64,000 nt of DNA from Roseomonas sp. (GCA_044345845.1 JBIJAH010000007.1:40414-104413); one strand, 5' to 3'. Positions 27,525 through 37,077 are shown, numbered from the stretch's first letter. Numbers and translations are program-made. The notes: generated by a model from the sequence alone, not told the origin.

Positions 27525-29087
27525 ATGTTAAGAATTATGGCTGCTACCCTTGCCGCCGCATTGTCGCTGCCCTGGGCGGCGCAGGCGCAGCGCAACCTGA
27601 CAATAGGCGCCCAATCCGCCCCTTCGGGCATGGACCCGCATTATCATTCCTCCAACCCCAACAACGCCATCCTGCGGCAGATTTTCGAAACCCTGGTGGA
27701 TTTCGATACCTCCGGCCGGCTTGTTCCGCGGCTCGCGGAATCCTGGCGCGCCATTGATGACCTGACCTGGGAATTCAGGCTGCGCGATGGCGTCAAATTC
27801 CACGACGGTACGCCCCTGACCGCTGAGGACATCGCCTTTTCCTATGGGCGTGTGCCCACCATCACCAATAGTCCCGGCCCTTTCACCCCCTTTGTGCGCA
27901 GCATTGCCGCCATTGAAATCCCGGAACCGCGCCGCATCCTGATCCGCACCAAGGAACCCAACCCCTTCCTGGATTGGGATCTGTCAAACATCATGATCGT
28001 CTCGCGCAGCCTGCATGCGAATGCGACACTTGGCGATTTCAATGCCGGGAGGGCGATGATCGGCACCGGCGCTTATCGCCATGTCAGCTACACGCTGGGT
28101 GAGCGGCATGAAATTACGCGCAACCCCACCTATTGGGGGGAAGCGCAGCCCTGGGAAAGGGTGGTAACGCGCTTCATCAGCAATCCCGGGGCACGCGTCG
28201 CCACGCTGCTTTCCGGTGATGTGGATTTGATTGATTTCGTACCGGTGCAGGATGTGCAGCGCCTGACCAATGATGCCCGGCTTTCGGTCTTTGGCGTCGC
28301 CAGCAATGGCACCGCCTATCTTTTTCCGGATGCGGCGCGTGATCCATCACCTTTCGTGACCGACAAGCAGGGCCGCGTTCTGGACCGTAACCCACTCCGC
28401 GATGCGCGGGTCCGCCGCGCCCTTTCTCTTGCCATTAATCGTCAAGGCATTGTGGACCGACTCCTGATGGGTCAGGGCATGCCGGCTGAGCAATTCGCGG
28501 CCCCCGCCGTTGCTGACCGCGCGCCCAATATGCCGCCGCCGCGCTATGATCTGGACCAGGCACGCGCGCTGCTCCGTGAAGCTGGCTACCCGGATGGTTT
28601 TCGCATCACGCTCCATAGCCCCAATGGCTGGTTTGCCTCCGATACCGATGTGGCGCAGGCTATCGCCCAAGGCTGGACCCGGCTGGGCATTGAAACCAGG
28701 GTCGAAGTCCTGCCGCCAGCCAATCTTTTCACCCGTGCCACCGCGCGGGAGTTTTCGATGTTCATGACCACCTATACCTCCTCCATCGCGGCCAATACGC
28801 TGCGCCAGGTGTTGATGACGCGAAACAGCGAAACCGGCGCCGGCCCCTTCAATCGCCAGCATTATTCAAACCCTGCGATGGATGCGCCCTTGGCTGATGC
28901 GCTGCGCACCATGGATACCGGGCGGCGTAATGCGCTGACCGCCGCGGCGATGCGGATCGGCATCGAAGATGGCGGCGTCATTCCGATTTTTTACCTGAAA
29001 GTATCCTGGGCGGGGCTCAGGAATAAGGTGAAATATGATGCCTCGCCTTCCTGGTACACGAATGCGCTGCTCGCGAGCCCGCCCTGA
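27525..29087 (+). CDS. ABC transporter substrate-binding protein, family 5 (DppA/OppA-like)
   Basis: Signal peptide, FETLV, PRLAESW, FRLRDGVKFHDG, IGTGAY, and DARVRRALSLAINR. Confidence 0.92.
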   Translation: MLRIMAATLAAALSLPWAAQAQRNLTIGAQSAPSGMDPHYHSSNPNNAILRQIFETLVDFDTSGRLVPRLAESWRAIDDLTWEFRLRDGVKFHDGTPLTAEDIAFSYGRVPTITNSPGPFTPFVRSIAAIEIPEPRRILIRTKEPNPFLDWDLSNIMIVSRSLHANATLGDFNAGRAMIGTGAYRHVSYTLGERHEITRNPTYWGEAQPWERVVTRFISNPGARVATLLSGDVDLIDFVPVQDVQRLTNDARLSVFGVASNGTAYLFPDAARDPSPFVTDKQGRVLDRNPLRDARVRRALSLAINRQGIVDRLLMGQGMPAEQFAAPAVADRAPNMPPPRYDLDQARALLREAGYPDGFRITLHSPNGWFASDTDVAQAIAQGWTRLGIETRVEVLPPANLFTRATAREFSMFMTTYTSSIAANTLRQVLMTRNSETGAGPFNRQHYSNPAMDAPLADALRTMDTGRRNALTAAAMRIGIEDGGVIPIFYLKVSWAGLRNKVKYDASPSWYTNALLASPP

Positions 29088-29117
29088 ACGCAACGTGAGA
29101 CCCTTGAACAGGAAAGG

Positions 29118-30407
29118 ATGATCAGCATGGCCGATAGCCAAGCCATGGCGCGCATTGCCGCCGCCATAGATGCGAATTTTGATAAGCAGGTGCATTTCCT
29201 GGCGGAATTGGTGCGCTTTCCAAGCCTGCGCGGGCGGGAAGCGCCCTTGCAGGATTGGTTCGCCCGCCAAATGGCCGCGCGCGGGTATGCGGTGGACCGT
29301 TACACATTGGCCGATGTGCCGCCTCACCCGAAGATGGCGCCGATGGTGGAATGTGATCCTGCCGGCAGCGTGCAGGTGGTGGCCGCCTATCGCGCCAAAA
29401 ACCCCACGGGCCGCAGCCTGATCCTGCAAGGGCATATTGATGTGGTGCCGGAAGGCCCCGCCGATATGTGGACCCATCCGCCCTATGCCGCCGTGATCCG
29501 CGATGGCTGGATGTATGGCCGCGGCGCGCATGACATGAAATCCGGCGTGGCGTGCATGGTCTATGCCATGGATGCCATTCGCGATGCAGGGTTCGAACCC
29601 GCCGCCGATGTCTATGTGGAAACGGTGACCGAGGAAGAAAGCACCGGCAATGGCGCGCTTTCCACGCTGCTGCGCGGTTACCGTGCTGACGCCGCGTTGG
29701 TGCCGGAACCAACCGGCCACACCATTACCCGCAGCCAAACCGGCACCATCTGGTTCCGGCTGCGCGTGCGCGGCATTCCGGTGCATGTCGCCGTCGCGCA
29801 GGATGGCAGCAATGCCATCATGTCTGCCTATGTGCTGATCCAGGCGCTTTACGAACATACGCGCAGTTTGAATGAGGCTGCGCGGTCCAGCGCCTGGTAT
29901 GCCGACATCAAGGACCCGATCAAATTCAACCCCGGTATCATTCGCGGCGGTGACTGGGCGTCTTCCACCCCTGCCTGGTGTGAGGTGGATTGCCGCATCG
30001 GCCTGGTTCCTGGCACCACGCCAGAAGAAGCCATGGCCGGGATCGAAGCTGTGGTGCGCGCCACAGCCAAGGGGGATGGCTTCCTGGCCAATAACCCGCC
30101 CGAGATTGTCTGGACCGGCTTTCAGACCGACCCCTATGTGCTTGAGCCAGGTAGCGAGGCCGAGGCGGTTTTGGCCGCCGCCCATGCCTCGGTCCATGGT
30201 GGCAGCCTGCCGGAACGCCGCACCACAGCGGTGAATGACACGCGCTATTACGGGCTTTATTTCGATATCCCTGGGCTTTGCTATGGCCCGAAGGGGGAGG
30301 GGGCGCATGCCTTTGATGAGCGGACCTCGATCGAGGATTTGCGCAAATGCACCCGGACCATGGCGACCTTCATCGCGGAATGGTGCGGAATCAGGCCGCG
30401 TGCCTGA
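29118..30407 (+). CDS. M20 ArgE/DapE-family deacylase
   Basis: QGHIDVVP, GRGAHDMKSG, EEEST, VPEPT and AHAFDER zinc motifs. Confidence 0.92.
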   Translation: MISMADSQAMARIAAAIDANFDKQVHFLAELVRFPSLRGREAPLQDWFARQMAARGYAVDRYTLADVPPHPKMAPMVECDPAGSVQVVAAYRAKNPTGRSLILQGHIDVVPEGPADMWTHPPYAAVIRDGWMYGRGAHDMKSGVACMVYAMDAIRDAGFEPAADVYVETVTEEESTGNGALSTLLRGYRADAALVPEPTGHTITRSQTGTIWFRLRVRGIPVHVAVAQDGSNAIMSAYVLIQALYEHTRSLNEAARSSAWYADIKDPIKFNPGIIRGGDWASSTPAWCEVDCRIGLVPGTTPEEAMAGIEAVVRATAKGDGFLANNPPEIVWTGFQTDPYVLEPGSEAEAVLAAAHASVHGGSLPERRTTAVNDTRYYGLYFDIPGLCYGPKGEGAHAFDERTSIEDLRKCTRTMATFIAEWCGIRPRA

Positions 30408-30555
30408 TCTGACCTTGGCGTGGGGGTATAGGGGCAAACACCTTTATTCTGTGCTGGTTGATCAAGGGGGCTTGGCCTTGGGCTGCCTCGCGGTCATGTT
30501 ACCCTGGGTTCGCTGGTTCAGGCCGGCATCCGAAACAGTTGGGAGACATGTATCA

Positions 30556-31590
30556 ATGATCAAATTCGCTAGCGCCCTTCGCGGCGCGGCCTTGGCGGGG
30601 CTTATGTCCGCTACGTCCGTGCCGGCTATGGCGCAGGCACCTGCTGCAGATACCATGGCCGCAATCCGCGCCCGTGGGCAGCTGGTGTGCTCTACCTCGC
30701 CTTCCACCGTTGGCTTCTCCTTGCCGGATAGCCAGGGCGTGTGGCGTGGGCTTGATGTGGATTATTGCCGCGCTGTGGCGGCTGCCATTCTGGGCGATCC
30801 CAATCGGCTTCGCATCGTGCCCTCTTCCACCCAGCAGCGTTTCACCATGCTGCAATCGGGCGAGATTGACCTGCTATCCCGCACCACGACCTGGACGCTG
30901 ACGCGCGAAGCTTCGCTCGGCCTGGTTTTCGCGGGCATCAATGTCTTTGACGGCCAGGGCTTCATGGTGCATCGCGACAGCGGTGTGACCTCGGCCAAGC
31001 AATTGGATGGTGCCACGGTCTGCGTTCAGCCCGGCACGACCACCGAACTCAACATGACCGATTTCTTCCGCACCAATCGGCTGCGCTTCACGCCAGTGGT
31101 GATCGAGAATATCGAAGAAATCCGCACCGCGTTCATTAATAAGCGCTGCGACGCCTATACGACCGATGCTTCTTCCCTGGCGTCATTCGCTGCGGCGCAA
31201 GGCGCCAATGCCAATCGTTTCCTGCTTCTGCCGGAAATCATTTCCAAGGAACCGCTTGGCCCCGTAGTGCGCAAGGGTGACTGGCGTTATTTTGATGTCG
31301 TGCGCTGGGTGCATTTCGCCCTGCTGACGGCGGAAGAACTCGGCATTACGCAGGCCAATGTCGGCAGCTTCGCCAATAGCACTAATCCCGATATCCAGCG
31401 TTTCATGGGCCAGACGGGTGATCTTGGCCAGATGCTGGGGCTCGAGAAGGATTGGGCGCCGCGCGTGATCCGTGCTGTTGGCAATTACGGGGAAATTTGG
31501 GAACGCAACATGACCCCGATCGGCTTCCCACGCAGTGTCAATAATCTCTGGAGCAAGGGCGGCCTGCAATACGCGCCCCCCATGCGCTGA
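30556..31590 (+). CDS. aapJ: General L-amino acid ABC transporter substrate-binding protein (AapJ/BztA-like)
   Basis: GLDVDYCRAVAAA, SGEIDLLSRTTTWT, ISKEPLGP and GNYGEIWERN. Start at ATG 30556 after GGGAGA; the ORF-track start at 30235 is too long. Confidence 0.9.
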   Translation: MIKFASALRGAALAGLMSATSVPAMAQAPAADTMAAIRARGQLVCSTSPSTVGFSLPDSQGVWRGLDVDYCRAVAAAILGDPNRLRIVPSSTQQRFTMLQSGEIDLLSRTTTWTLTREASLGLVFAGINVFDGQGFMVHRDSGVTSAKQLDGATVCVQPGTTTELNMTDFFRTNRLRFTPVVIENIEEIRTAFINKRCDAYTTDASSLASFAAAQGANANRFLLLPEIISKEPLGPVVRKGDWRYFDVVRWVHFALLTAEELGITQANVGSFANSTNPDIQRFMGQTGDLGQMLGLEKDWAPRVIRAVGNYGEIWERNMTPIGFPRSVNNLWSKGGLQYAPPMR

Positions 31591-31605
31591 TACCAGAAGC
31601 GTCAA

Positions 31606-31642
31606 AAAGAAAAGGCGGTGGAATTTCCACCGCCTTTTTTAT
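31606..31642. terminator. Bidirectional rho-independent terminator
   Basis: AAAAGGCGGTGGA-ATT-TCCACCGCCTTTT with A- and T-runs on either side, between convergent aapJ and rpoH. Confidence 0.9.
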
Positions 31643-31657
31643 TGCCCGAGGGGTTCT

Positions 31658-32551
31658 TCAACCGATCGTGAGCCGTCGCTCCATGATCTGCTCACGCATG
31701 GATTTCTGCAGCTTTTCAAAGGCGCGCACCTCAATCTGGCGTACGCGTTCGCGGCTGATGTTGTAGTGCTGCGAAAGTTCTTCCAGCGTTGTCGGTTCTT
31801 CCTTCAGGCGGCGCTCAATCAGGATATGGCGCTCACGCTCATTCAGCGTCTTCAGCGCACCGCTCAGTAATTCGCGGCGGTTTGACATGTCCTGATGTTC
31901 GGCGAGTTCATGTTCCTGGTTCTCGCTTTCATCCACCAACCAATCCTGCCATTCACCTTCACCATCAGCGCGGAGCGGCGCATTCAGGCTATTATCGGCG
32001 GCAGCAAGGCGCCGGTTCATGGAAATGACGTCCTGTTCCGGCACTTGCAGCACATGGCTGATCTTCGCCACCTGTTCCGGCTGCAAATCGCCTTCTTCCA
32101 GGGCCGACATCTGCGCCTTCAGCCGGCGCAAGTTGAAGAACAGCTTCTTCTGCGCGGCCGTGGTGCCCATTTTCACGAGCGACCAGGAATGCAGGATGTA
32201 TTCTTGAATGGCGGCGCGGATCCACCACATAGCATAGGTGGCTAGGCGGAAGCCGCGATCGGGGTCGAAGCGCTTCACCGCCTGCATCATCCCGACATTG
32301 CCTTCGGAAATCAGCTCACCTACCGGCAGACCATAGCCGCGATAGCCCATGGCGATCTTGGCCACCAGACGCAGGTGGGAGGTGACGAGCTTATGGGCAG
32401 CCGGCTCATCGGCACTGTCGCGCCAGCGGCGCGCGAGGCTGAGTTCTTCCTCAGCCGAGAGCATCGGGAATTTGCGGATATCCTGGAGATAGCGTGAAAG
32501 GTTGCCCTCAGTCGCCATCGGTATGGCCATAGAAGATGCCATGGTTTTCAT
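31658..32551 (-). CDS. rpoH: RNA polymerase sigma-32 factor
   Basis: SHLRLVAKIAMGYRGYGLP, DPDRGFRLATYAMWWI and the RpoH box QKKLFFNLR. Confidence 0.98.
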   Translation of the reverse strand: MKTMASSMAIPMATEGNLSRYLQDIRKFPMLSAEEELSLARRWRDSADEPAAHKLVTSHLRLVAKIAMGYRGYGLPVGELISEGNVGMMQAVKRFDPDRGFRLATYAMWWIRAAIQEYILHSWSLVKMGTTAAQKKLFFNLRRLKAQMSALEEGDLQPEQVAKISHVLQVPEQDVISMNRRLAAADNSLNAPLRADGEGEWQDWLVDESENQEHELAEHQDMSNRRELLSGALKTLNERERHILIERRLKEEPTTLEELSQHYNISRERVRQIEVRAFEKLQKSMREQIMERRLTIG

Positions 32552-32708
32552 TTACCTCCTGAACCGGCTTACTCTGCCCCGAAGGCGGCATCCTTGGCCG
32601 ATCATTACAATTTTGTCATCTCCCTCAAAGCCCTGACTGGTCGCCTGCCCCTTGCGGGGCCTTGGCCGGCCGTGCCTTGACTGGCACTTCGAGGATTCCG
32701 ACAGGCGA

Positions 32709-32737
32709 TTAATAGCCGGAATCGGTCAGGGGTGCAA
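32709..32737 (-). promoter_or_regulatory. Sigma70-like promoter for rpoH
   Basis: Minus strand reads TTGCAC-17 bp-TATTAA, immediately downstream of the rluD terminator. Confidence 0.5.
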
Positions 32738-32738
32738 G

Positions 32739-32760
32739 AAAAACCGACTGAAATAGTCGG
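32739..32760 (-). terminator. Rho-independent terminator after rluD
   Basis: Minus strand reads CCGACT-ATTTC-AGTCGG followed by TTTTT, directly after the rluD stop. Confidence 0.6.
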
Positions 32761-32761
32761 G

Positions 32762-33736
32762 TTACTCCGTGTTACCATCCAGTAATGTAAACAACGCTGT
32801 CATATCCGCGGGCAGGGGTCGCTCGAAATGGAGCGCCTGCCCGCTGATTGGGTGGCGAAACCCAAGGCTTGCCGCGTGCAGCGCCTGACGCGGGAAGGCC
32901 AGAAGCGCGTCTCGGCTTGATGCTGGAAGGGCGCGGGCGGCAGCGGGGGTGCGGCGCAGATAGACTGGATCGCCCACCAAAGGGTGGCCCATATGCGCCA
33001 AATGCACCCGAATTTGATGGGTCCGCCCCGTCAAAAGCCGGCAGGAAATCAGGGCGCAGGCTATCCCCCAGGAACGCAGCACCTTGTATTGTGTGACAGC
33101 ATGTTTGCCGCCGCGTTCCACCACCGCCATGCGCTTGCGGTCTGCCGGGTGGCGGCCAATCGGGGCATTGATCTCGCCCTCCATGGCCGCGGGCAGGCCC
33201 CAGCAAAGGGCAATGTAATGGCGTTCCAGGTCGCGCTCAGCGAAGCTTTCGGATAATCGGCGCAGCGCCAATTCGGTCTTGGCCACGACCATGACGCCGG
33301 AGGTGTCCTTATCCAGCCGATGCACAATGCCGGGCCGCCTTTCCCCACCAATGCCGGGCAGGTCATCCCCCGCATGCGCCAACAGCGCATTGACCAAGGT
33401 GCCATCGAAATTGCCTGGGGCCGGGTGAACCACCAGCCCGGCTGGCTTATCAAGCACGATCAGGTCCGCATCCTCATGGATAATGTTGAGCGGGATCGCC
33501 TGTGGCTGTGGCAGGGCGGTCACCGCTTCGGGGATTTCAAGCGCGTAAACCGCGCCTGGCCGAATGGTCTCGGCAGGTTCCCGCAGGCTTTGCCCGTCCC
33601 GGCTGGCATGGCCTTCAACAATAAGGGCCTTGACGCGGGAGCGAGAGAGAGAACCTATCGCTTCAGCAAAAAACCGGTCGGCGCGCATGCCTGCCGCTTC
33701 AGGGGGCGCTTGGATTTCGTGGCGTTCAGCGTTCAA
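32762..33736 (-). CDS. rluD: RluA-family 23S rRNA pseudouridine synthase
   Basis: S4-like N-domain, DKPAGLVVHP, GIVHRLDKDTSG and TGRTHQIRVH. The start is uncertain (TTG 33736, ATG 33775 or ATG 33688); the ORF-track start at 34096 is too long. Confidence 0.93.
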   Translation of the reverse strand: MNAERHEIQAPPEAAGMRADRFFAEAIGSLSRSRVKALIVEGHASRDGQSLREPAETIRPGAVYALEIPEAVTALPQPQAIPLNIIHEDADLIVLDKPAGLVVHPAPGNFDGTLVNALLAHAGDDLPGIGGERRPGIVHRLDKDTSGVMVVAKTELALRRLSESFAERDLERHYIALCWGLPAAMEGEINAPIGRHPADRKRMAVVERGGKHAVTQYKVLRSWGIACALISCRLLTGRTHQIRVHLAHMGHPLVGDPVYLRRTPAAARALPASSRDALLAFPRQALHAASLGFRHPISGQALHFERPLPADMTALFTLLDGNTE

Positions 33737-33749
33737 AAGGGGGTCTTCC

Positions 33750-34022
33750 GTGAGGTTTCTCAAAGTCTTGGTCATTGCGATGGGCGTGCTGATTGTAGCA
33801 GCAACCGTGGCGTTGGTTGTGCTGATCGTCCAGCGTTCAGGCGGAACAGCGACCGGGTTTAGTGCCGCAAGCCTTGGCCAGCCAGCGGGTAGCCGCATTG
33901 CTGGCATAGCTGGCATGGAAAAGACAATCGCCATTTGGGTTGTCCGGCCCGATGGGGAAAGGGTGCTGTTGTTCGATCCGGCGCGCCGGAAGGTGGTGGG
34001 CGAAATCCGGCCCGGCGATTGA
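33750..34022 (+). CDS. Small single-TM hypothetical protein divergent from rluD
   Basis: GTG start, MRFLKVLVIAMGVLIVAATVALVVLIVQR TM helix, then a short beta-rich domain. Confidence 0.7.
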   Translation: MRFLKVLVIAMGVLIVAATVALVVLIVQRSGGTATGFSAASLGQPAGSRIAGIAGMEKTIAIWVVRPDGERVLLFDPARRKVVGEIRPGD

Positions 34023-34025
34023 CCC

Positions 34026-34196
34026 ATGGTGCATCGCAAACCCTTCCTGCCGCAGAAGCTTTGCGCTGCCTGTAACCGGCCCTTTGCCTGGCGCAAGAAA
34101 TGGGCGCGGGTATGGGAGGAAGTGCGTTATTGCTCAGACGCCTGCCGCGAAGGGCGAAGGCCCGCCAATGCTGCGGGGTCCAAAGGCAAGGGCTGA
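34026..34196 (+). CDS. DUF2256-family small zinc-finger-like protein (56 aa, missed by the ORF track)
   Basis: My translation: [56 protein letters not shown]. Confidence 0.85.
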   Translation: MVHRKPFLPQKLCAACNRPFAWRKKWARVWEEVRYCSDACREGRRPANAAGSKGKG

Positions 34197-34211
34197 GCTG
34201 GCTTGCGGAAT

Positions 34212-35429
34212 CTAGCCTTGCTGTGGCGTTGCCGGGCGCATCATGCCAAGCAGCGCCAGGAAAAAAGCACCAAAGGCCAGTTGCAGCGCAAGCAGCATGG
34301 CGGTGACGGAAGCGATGGCCAAGCGCATCACCTTTCCACCGCTTAGCGCCCCAAAATCTTCTGCCCCCCATTGCGCCAGCGCGAAAAAGCCAAGCCCAAA
34401 CCCAAGCAGCAGGAGTAGCGCCGCAACCACCAAGGCCGCTTCCAGGCCGAAGCGCGATAGTGTTTGGGTCAGTCCAGGGGGTTCGGGCAAAAGCCCCGTC
34501 AGCGCGCCATAAAGCCTTGCAAAAACCCAAAACTGCATGGCCTGAAAGCCCATCACAACCGCGCCCGAGGCATAAAGCAGCGTATGCACATCCAGGGTGA
34601 CAAAGCCGAGCATTACCGGCCCAGGCAACAACACCGCCATGGTGATGGCGCCCAGCGCAAACAGCAGCGCGCCGGGATAGAAGAAAAGCCAGCGCGGGCA
34701 GAAAATCAGCAAAAAGCGCAAATGCCGCCAACCATCGCGCCAGGACCGCAAATGCGGTGGGCGTGACCGGCCATCCGGGGAAAGCGTCGTTGGCACTTCC
34801 GTGATGCGAAGCCCGCGCATGGTGGCCTTCACCACCATTTCTGAGGCGAATTCCATCCCCGGCGCGCGCAGATCAAGCGCCGCAATCGCCACGCGCGAAA
34901 AACCGCGCAGCCCGCAATGGAAATCCCGGATCGGCCCACCGAAGAAAACCCGCCCAATGGTGGACAGCACTGGATTGCCCAAATAGCGATGCAAGGGGGG
35001 CATGGCACCTGGCGCAATGCCCCCCTTGAAGCGATTGCCCATCACCAGATCAAAGCCGTCGCGGAGTTTTGCGATGAAGGGATCAAGCGCGCTGAAATCA
35101 TAGGAATCATCACTATCGCCGATAATGACGAAGCGGCCCTGAGCGCCCGCGATCCCCGCAATCAACGCCGCGCCATAGCCTTTTTCGGGCACATCAATCA
35201 CCCGCGCCCCAAGCCCGCGCGCAATGGCCTGGCTGCCATCGCTGCTGCCATTATCGGCGATCAGCACTTCGCCCGAAACACCGCTCCGCGCCAGATAACC
35301 CATCGCCTTTTGGATGCAGGTCGCGAGGGTTTCTGCCTCATTCAGGCAGGGCATGAGGATGGTGAGTTCAAGAGGCGCAGCCCCTTGACCCATTCCAGTT
35401 TCCATTTGCGATGCGGCTGCGCCTGCCAT
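34212..35429 (-). CDS. GT2 glycosyltransferase, DPM1/GtrB-like, with C-terminal TM helices
   Basis: ILMPCLNEA, ADNGSSDGS, GDSDDSYD, DFHCGLRG and GMEFASEM, followed by four hydrophobic helices. Confidence 0.9.
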   Translation of the reverse strand: MAGAAASQMETGMGQGAAPLELTILMPCLNEAETLATCIQKAMGYLARSGVSGEVLIADNGSSDGSQAIARGLGARVIDVPEKGYGAALIAGIAGAQGRFVIIGDSDDSYDFSALDPFIAKLRDGFDLVMGNRFKGGIAPGAMPPLHRYLGNPVLSTIGRVFFGGPIRDFHCGLRGFSRVAIAALDLRAPGMEFASEMVVKATMRGLRITEVPTTLSPDGRSRPPHLRSWRDGWRHLRFLLIFCPRWLFFYPGALLFALGAITMAVLLPGPVMLGFVTLDVHTLLYASGAVVMGFQAMQFWVFARLYGALTGLLPEPPGLTQTLSRFGLEAALVVAALLLLLGFGLGFFALAQWGAEDFGALSGGKVMRLAIASVTAMLLALQLAFGAFFLALLGMMRPATPQQG

Positions 35430-35650
35430 TATGTCCCCGTGGATTTAGAACTGCGCAGCAGATTTGAAGCTGCAGTGGATATGCAAGGCCTTCCTACTGA
35501 AAGCGTCCGGCCAGCGCCATCGGCAAATGCCGAGAGACGGTTTCTTTCCCCTATTGGTTGCGGGGGCAGTGTAGCAAAACTATGTCCTGGAGCGCCGCCG
35601 CGCCAAGTGGTAACGCTTGGTTCGATAACGCCCTCATAGGAGTCAACGCC

Positions 35651-36319
35651 TTGGACCAGGAAGATGTGAAGCTGGAAGGGCAGATCCGCGAAAAGCTGGT
35701 GCGGACCAAGGAACGCTGGGCCGAAGAAGGCCGCTTGTTGACTGGCACCACCGCCGATCCGGCGCGGGAACGCCTGCCGCCTGGCCAGACCCTGGTGAAG
35801 GATTGGCCGGTGCTCGACCTTGGCGTGCAGCCTGATGTCAGCACTGCCAAGTTCCGGCTGCGCCTTGAAGGGCTTGTGGAAAATCGCCTTGCCTTTGATT
35901 GGGAGGGCTTCATGGCGCTGCCGCAGAGCGAAATGGTCTGCGATATTCACTGCGTCACGCAATGGAGCCGCTACGATAATCGCTTCACTGGGGTGCGCAC
36001 TGCGACCCTGCTGGATTTGGCCCGCCCGCGCCCGGAAGCGCGCTTCGTGTCCATGACATCCTATGATGGTTATACCACCAACCTGACGCTGGAAGCCTTC
36101 GCCGCCGCCGATGTGATGGTGGCGCATTCCTGGGAAGGGACGCCGCTTTCACGCCAGCATGGTGGCCCGGTGCGCCTGATACTACCGCGCCTCTATTTTT
36201 GGAAAAGCCCGAAATGGCTCACGCGAATCGAATTGCTGGCTGAAGACCGCCCTGGCTTTTGGGAGGTGCGCGGCTACCACAATCAGGGCGATCCCTGGCT
36301 TGAGGAACGCTATGGTTAA
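35651..36319 (+). CDS. Sulfite oxidase-like molybdopterin oxidoreductase (cytoplasmic, YuiH-like)
   Basis: RLPPGQ, DIHCVTQWS (Moco Cys), HGGPVRL, YFWKSPKW and GFWEVRGYH. TTG start after AGGAG. Confidence 0.88.
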   Translation: MDQEDVKLEGQIREKLVRTKERWAEEGRLLTGTTADPARERLPPGQTLVKDWPVLDLGVQPDVSTAKFRLRLEGLVENRLAFDWEGFMALPQSEMVCDIHCVTQWSRYDNRFTGVRTATLLDLARPRPEARFVSMTSYDGYTTNLTLEAFAAADVMVAHSWEGTPLSRQHGGPVRLILPRLYFWKSPKWLTRIELLAEDRPGFWEVRGYHNQGDPWLEERYG

Positions 36320-36851
36320 GGCCACGCGTCGCGCCCTGCTGGCCCTGCCCCTGATGGCCGCTACCCCCGCCCCCCGAACCGCCTGGGATTTCAGCTTCCC
36401 TGCCCTGGAAGGTGGAGGGCATGACCTTGCCACCTGGCGGGGCAAGGTATTGCTGGTGGTGAATACCGCATCCTTCTGCGGCTTCACCGGCCAATATGCG
36501 GCCCTGCAGCGCTTATACGAAGCGCAGGAAGCGGCTGGCATGGTGGTGCTTGGCGTGCCTTCCAATGACTTCAATCAGGAAAGCCAGGATGGGCGCAAAA
36601 TTCGCGAATTCTGCGATGCCCAATTCGGCATTACCTTCCCCATGGCCGCACTTTCCCGCGTTAGAGGGCCGGAGGCACACCCCTTCTATCGCTGGGCGGC
36701 CGCCCAGGCTGGGGGCGAACCGCGTTGGAATTTCCATAAATTCCTGGTGTCCAGGGATGGCCGGCAGGTACAGGGCTTTCCGGCGCGGGTTGAACCTGAA
36801 TCACCGGTTCTGAAGCGCGCCATCGAAGCTGCCTTGGCCGCCGCTTCCTAG
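36312..36851 (+). CDS. Glutathione peroxidase with Tat-like leader
   Basis: VNTASFCGFT, LGVPSNDF and PRWNFHKFLV; N-terminal TRRALLAL. Confidence 0.92.
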   Translation: MVKATRRALLALPLMAATPAPRTAWDFSFPALEGGGHDLATWRGKVLLVVNTASFCGFTGQYAALQRLYEAQEAAGMVVLGVPSNDFNQESQDGRKIREFCDAQFGITFPMAALSRVRGPEAHPFYRWAAAQAGGEPRWNFHKFLVSRDGRQVQGFPARVEPESPVLKRAIEAALAAAS

Positions 36852-37077
36852 TGGTGCCGTTCATGTTGACCTTTCCTGCCCCCAAAACATCCCCGCGCAC
36901 CAGCAACTGTGTAATCCGTGGGCCGCTCCACGCTGTTGTTGGGAAGCCACAGCAGCGATCGGACCACCCGGGCCAATGATCCTGTTCCAGGTAGGGCAAG
37001 GCCCGATTGGGGCGCGCAATAGTTTAGCGGCGATAAAAAATTCGCGTCTTGCGCGAAATTATCTATAGGGTTCGGGT

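Noticed and set aside
30235-30555. N-terminal extension of AapJ; likewise the long ORF-track starts for srfC, rluD, GT4 and modA
   Set aside because: These extensions overlap neighbouring genes, and better downstream starts with RBS or ATGA coupling exist.
36852-37077. Imperfect hairpins in the gpx-dctP intergenic region as an ncRNA or riboswitch
   Set aside because: The stems are short and match no family I can recognise; an Rfam/Infernal search would be needed.
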